DNA of 43,255 bases, taken from an uncultured Clostridia bacterium. Its GTDB lineage: Bacteria; Bacillota; Clostridia; Christensenellales; CALMFG01. Shown here piece after piece: positions 39,433 to 43,255 of this stretch. The stretch is taken from assembly GCA_937863465.1 (NCBI GenBank), contig CALMFG010000188.1:1-43255 (forward strand). Reading direction: 5' to 3'. Position numbers and translations under genes: made by a program. Numbering within the stretch: position 1 is the first letter of the stretch; each line of letters starts with the position of its first letter. The notes beneath the pieces are model-generated. The model saw nothing but the letters and a program-made list of their open reading frames with translations. It was not told where the DNA came from and searched no databases.

Positions 39433-41612
39433 TTGCAGGTTATTGTAGCCAAACAGGCGGGCTTCTGCTTCGGCGTCAGATCCACGAAGACCGCCGCGTA
39501 ATCTGCCTCCGCGTCAAGCGCGCCGTGGATGCCGTATATAAGAATATTGAGGCGTATAAGCATGTCTACACCTTTGGCCCGCTGATTCATAATCAGGCGG
39601 TTGTCCAGCGGCTGATGGAAGCTGGTGCGCCGTACGTGGACAGCTTGGACGAAATCACCGAGACCGAGAATGTGGCGGTCATCATCCGTTCGCACGGCGT
39701 AGCGCCTGAGGTACTCGCGTCCATCAAAGCCCGGGGCTTTGACATTATCGACGCCACCTGCCCCTTTGTGACGCGCATCCAGCGCAAAGCGCAGGACGCC
39801 AGCGCTGCCGATCGGTATGTCATCATCGTCGGGAAAGCCGACCATCCTGAAGTGGTGGGGATTTCGGGCTGGGCAAACGGACAGGCCTTTGTGGTGGACA
39901 GCGTAGCGGGTGTACGCGAATTGCCCGCGCTTAAAAATCCGCTGGTGGTGGCGCAGACCACCATCGAATCGACGATGTGGGAACAGGTGACCGAAGAGAT
40001 TATGCAACATTTCCCCGATGCCGAACTGTTCATGAGCATTTGTGAGACCACATGCCAACGGCAGACCGAAGCCGAGGAACTGGCGAAAAAGGCCGACCAT
40101 ATTCTGGTGGTCGGCGGAAAAAAAAGTTCCAACACGCAAAAACTCTACAATATTTGTTCAAAATACTGTAAAAGCGTACAGTTAATTGAGGATTCTAACG
40201 AACTATCTCTTGAAAAAATAAAACTTGATGATATAATAGGAGTTGTCGCCGGTGCTTCAACACCCGACTGGATGATTATGGAGGTAAAGAAAAGGATGAG
40301 TGAAGTGGAAAAGACGCCAATCGCGGCCGAGGAAGCGGTTGCGGGCGCTGAGGAGAGCGTCGTAGGCGTTGAGCAGACGGACGAGGTTTCTGCGGCTGAA
40401 AAGGAAGTGAAAACGAGCCAGGTAGAAACAAAATCCGCCGTGACAGACGAGGAAGACTTTCTTGCACAACTGAATGAAACATTCAAAACGATTAGAAAAG
40501 GGCAGATGATTACCGGTACCGTGGTACAGGTGACGGATGACGATGTTTCATTGAACATCGCGTACAAATCCGATGGTCTGATTTCCCGGAGCGAACTGCC
40601 GATTGAATCCGGCCAATCCGCCAAAGATGTCTATCATGTGGGCGATGAGCTGGAAGCTCAGGTCTTAAGCATGAATGACGGCGAAGGCAGAGTGAAACTC
40701 AGCCTGAAACGCATGCAGGACAAGGTCAAATGGCAGGAATTCTTGGATACGCACGAAGAAGATAAAGTGTATGACGCCAAGATTTTAAAAGCGGTTAAAG
40801 GCGGCGTAATTGCCAAAGTGAACGGCTATGAAGCCTTTATTCCGGTGTCTCATTTATCCTTAAAATATATTGAAGATGTGAAAGATTTCGTCGGAAAAGA
40901 TGTTAAAGTCAACATCATTGACGTCAATAAAGAAAAAAGAAGACTGGTTGCGTCTTTAAAGAATTTATTGTTAAAAGATGCGAAAGCGAAAAAGCTGGAG
41001 ATGATTGAGACCTTCGACAAGGGACAGAAGATCGTCGGTAAAGTTAAAAAACTGACCGATTTTGGTGCCTTTGTGGACGTTGGCGGCGTGGACGGATTAC
41101 TGCACGTGGCGGACATCTCCTGGAATAAAGTGAAACATCCTTCGGACGTTTTGGAAGAAGGACAGGAAATTGAAGTGCTGGTGCTGAACACAGACCCCAA
41201 AAAGAAACGCATCTCTTTGGGATTAAAGCAGCTGCAGTCCAAGCCCTGGGATGCGGCGGCCGAGAAGTATCTGGTCGGTTCCACCATTAAAGGCAAGGTG
41301 GTTCGCATCACCGACTTCGGCGCATTCATCACTCTGGAACCGGGCATTGACGGCCTTGTTCATATCTCTCAGGTTTCCAATCGCCGCGTTGAACGCGTTG
41401 AGGAAGTCCTGAAACTCGGTCAGGAGATCGAGGCAAAAGTGATGGAAGTCAAGCCGACCGAGCGTAAGATTTCCCTTTCGATCCGGGAACTCATGGAACC
41501 CGAAGTGAAGGAAGAGAAGCCCAAACGCGAAAAGGTTGAACGTGTGGTCATCCCGCCCGTTCAGGAAGCCACCGTCACCTTGGCGGATTTCTTCCCCAAG
41601 GAAGACGAATAA
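39433..41612 (+). CDS. ispH: IspH (HMBPP reductase)-ribosomal protein S1 fusion, interrupted after codon 15 by a 38-bp frameshifting insertion
   Basis: GGGAG RBS 39422-39426; TTG 39433 reads MQVIVAKQAGFCFGV, and KRAVDAVY resumes at 39516 in another frame. LIHN, RSHG, DATCP, HPEV, SICETT, SSN and AGASTP motifs follow, then four S1 repeats. Confidence 0.92.
39473..39516. other. 32-bp insert (39479-39510) flanked by 6-bp direct repeat GCGTCA
   Basis: GCGTCA at 39473-39478 and 39511-39516; deleting 38 bp restores the canonical IspH N-terminus and the reading frame. Confidence 0.92.
40210..40237 (+). promoter_or_regulatory. Putative intragenic sigma-A promoter for stand-alone S1
   Basis: TTGAAA-16 bp-TATAAT with extended TG, in a strongly AT-rich patch of the ispH CDS. 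Confidence 0.65.
40296..41612 (+). CDS. rpsA: Ribosomal protein S1 moiety, probably also translated separately from an internal start (438 aa)
   Basis: GGAGGT at 40280-40285 and in-frame ATG 40296 at the domain boundary; S1 repeats such as FGAFVDVGGVDGLLHVADISW. Confidence 0.65.
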   Translation: MSEVEKTPIAAEEAVAGAEESVVGVEQTDEVSAAEKEVKTSQVETKSAVTDEEDFLAQLNETFKTIRKGQMITGTVVQVTDDDVSLNIAYKSDGLISRSELPIESGQSAKDVYHVGDELEAQVLSMNDGEGRVKLSLKRMQDKVKWQEFLDTHEEDKVYDAKILKAVKGGVIAKVNGYEAFIPVSHLSLKYIEDVKDFVGKDVKVNIIDVNKEKRRLVASLKNLLLKDAKAKKLEMIETFDKGQKIVGKVKKLTDFGAFVDVGGVDGLLHVADISWNKVKHPSDVLEEGQEIEVLVLNTDPKKKRISLGLKQLQSKPWDAAAEKYLVGSTIKGKVVRITDFGAFITLEPGIDGLVHISQVSNRRVERVEEVLKLGQEIEAKVMEVKPTERKISLSIRELMEPEVKEEKPKREKVERVVIPPVQEATVTLADFFPKEDE

Positions 41613-41679
41613 AACTGTTATTTTGACCGGGGCGGCCCTTGGCTGTTCTGGCAGAATATATTAAGACCCCCTTTACTTT

Positions 41680-41709
41680 AGCCGTGTTGTTTTACACGGC
41701 TCTTTTTTT
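41680..41709 (+). terminator. Intrinsic terminator after ispH-rpsA
   Basis: AGCCGTGT-TGTTTT-ACACGGCT followed by CTTTTTTT. Confidence 0.85.
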
Positions 41710-41744
41710 AAGCAAAATCAGGGTTTGCGAATGAGGTTGTTAAT

Positions 41745-43255
41745 TTGCTGAAAGCGCTGTTCAAAAACAGAATCACCGATTTTAGGCCATGGGTTTTTAT
41801 CGCGCTCTATATGACGCTGGGCATTCTATCTGGCTATTATTCCGAGCAGAGCATGGTTTACGTCTATGTTTTTGGCGGCGTCGCGGCATTACTCGCTCTG
41901 CTGGACGGCATTAAAAACAAAGACGTCGCGTTTTTGGTGTTGTACTTCATCAGCTTTGCAGGCGGGATGATTCTGATGAACCTCACGCTGGACAGTGAGC
42001 CGCTGCCGTACGGCGAAACCAAAGTGACCGGACGCGTGACCAACGCCGTGCATTATGATACCAGGTCCTATTATATTCTGGATGAATGGACATTTGAGTA
42101 TAACGGAGAAACGGTCTCGCCTTACAAGGAATTACGGATTGCAACAGAGGCCAGAGATTTGGAGCCCGGCGATAGGATCGCTTTTTCGGCGACGCTGACT
42201 CTGCCCGATGTTCGGCGTAATATCGGCGGATTTGACGAACGGATATATTTGCTTGGCAAGGGCGTGGGGTATACAGCCAAGGGCACAGTGGAAGATATTA
42301 CTTTTATCGACCATACAACTACCGTTCAAAGTCTGCTCTCCGAGGTCAGCACGTATTTTAAGCGCACCATCGAAGCGATATTCCCCGACAGCACGGCGGG
42401 TATCGCCAAGGGCTTGGTGCTCGGCGATAAATCCGACATATCCGAAGCAGATTACGCCATATTTCAGCGCGGCGGCACGGCGAGTATTCTGGCGGTTTCT
42501 GGCCTGCATTTTGGTGTGCTTTCGCTTTTTGTCTTTTGGCTGATGAGTATTCTGGGAGTGGGGCGAAAACCCGCCCATGTCATCACGGCGGTGTTTATGC
42601 TGGCCTATGCCGGAATCGTTGGATTCACCATTTCGGCCACACGTGCGCTCATCATGGGCCTGGCTGTGGTTTTTGCCAGCCTGCTTGGAAAGAAAAAGGA
42701 CACACTCTCATATTTAGCCGCCGCTTATGTCATTTCTCTGACTATTTTGCCCGCTTCGCTGTTCTCGGCGGGCTTTATGTTGTCCTTCGGCGCGGTGTTC
42801 GCCCTGTTGGCGCTGACGCCGATTCTTGAAAAACCGCTGAAAAAGATACCCCGGCGCGTTTCGGGCCTGGTCACCGCACCCGTCGCCGCTACCATCGGCA
42901 CAGCCCCCTTCATCGTCAATTTTTTTTACTATTTTTCAGTCGTGGGTATCCTCGCCAACATCGTGGTCATCCCCATCGGCTCGCTGGCCGTGGTGACCAC
43001 GTTTATCGCGGCGATTCTGGGCAGAATTCTGGGTGTGCCGTTTGCGTGGGCTTCGGACAAGCTCATATGGCTGATGCAGACCATCACGGGCAAGCTGACC
43101 GCACTGCCGTTTGCGACGGTGGATATTCCGGCTTTGCCCGCCGGCTTCATCATCCTCTGGTTTGCCGCCATTTTTGTCGTCTCCGGCTATTGCCTGTTTA
43201 AACCCTGGCTGAAGCGAACGGCGGCAGCGATACTGGTCGTCGGCATGGCGGCCAT
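41745..43255 (+). CDS. comEC: ComEC/Rec2 competence protein (runs off the window; missing from the ORF track)
   Basis: TTG 41745 after GAGG; hand translation gives RNIGGFD, GLVLGDKS, ILAVSGLHFG, SATRALIM and GFMLSFGA, and the frame is still open at the window end. Confidence 0.9.
   Translation, partial: MLKALFKNRITDFRPWVFIALYMTLGILSGYYSEQSMVYVYVFGGVAALLALLDGIKNKDVAFLVLYFISFAGGMILMNLTLDSEPLPYGETKVTGRVTNAVHYDTRSYYILDEWTFEYNGETVSPYKELRIATEARDLEPGDRIAFSATLTLPDVRRNIGGFDERIYLLGKGVGYTAKGTVEDITFIDHTTTVQSLLSEVSTYFKRTIEAIFPDSTAGIAKGLVLGDKSDISEADYAIFQRGGTASILAVSGLHFGVLSLFVFWLMSILGVGRKPAHVITAVFMLAYAGIVGFTISATRALIMGLAVVFASLLGKKKDTLSYLAAAYVISLTILPASLFSAGFMLSFGAVFALLALTPILEKPLKKIPRRVSGLVTAPVAATIGTAPFIVNFFYYFSVVGILANIVVIPIGSLAVVTTFIAAILGRILGVPFAWASDKLIWLMQTITGKLTALPFATVDIPALPAGFIILWFAAIFVVSGYCLFKPWLKRTAAAILVVGMAA

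Noticed and set aside
39525-41612. ORF-track 695-aa ispH-rpsA starting at GTG 39525
   Set aside because: No RBS, and it lacks the GFC motif; the real start is TTG 39433 upstream of the insertion.
42444-42457. comEC GAAGCAGATTACGC matches the reverse complement of the ispH insert at 13 of 14 positions
   Set aside because: The match does not extend in either direction, and one of this length is unsurprising in 43 kb on two strands, so it is not accepted as the donor.
42132-43171. Several short ORFs listed near the window end
   Set aside because: All overlap the unlisted comEC frame starting at 41745.

Overview
Housekeeping region of a moderately GC-rich Bacillota genome; the PolC gene, ispH-rpsA fusion and secD-secF-recJ-rel-dtd synteny suggest Clostridia (inference). 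All genes but one are on the + strand. Order: end of argC, argB-argD-argF plus a coupled GNAT; an AlgI-type MBOAT with two SGNH paralogues; HAD hydrolase (minus strand); YhhN, YitT, MATE, flavodoxin-like, nitroreductase-like and a membrane protein; dusB; ftsY; an F-type ATP synthase operon; a degenerate CobU, ACT protein, alr, 5-formyl-THF cyclo-ligase, rsmD, coaD, polC; secD-secF-recJ-rel-dtd-MBL hydrolase; cmk-plsC-ispH/rpsA; start of comEC. I saw no tRNA, rRNA, CRISPR array or transposase. The main anomaly is at the 5' end of ispH-rpsA: a 38-bp insertion (32 unique bp plus a GCGTCA duplication) breaks the frame after the GFCFGV motif. Its exact removal restores a canonical 713-aa protein, and the insert is largely complementary to the gene's own RBS/start region. 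A promoter, RBS and in-frame ATG hidden inside ispH could make ribosomal protein S1 independently. The ATP synthase operon has no free atpH; the C-terminal domain of delta is fused to alpha. All product calls come from motif recognition by eye, without database searches.
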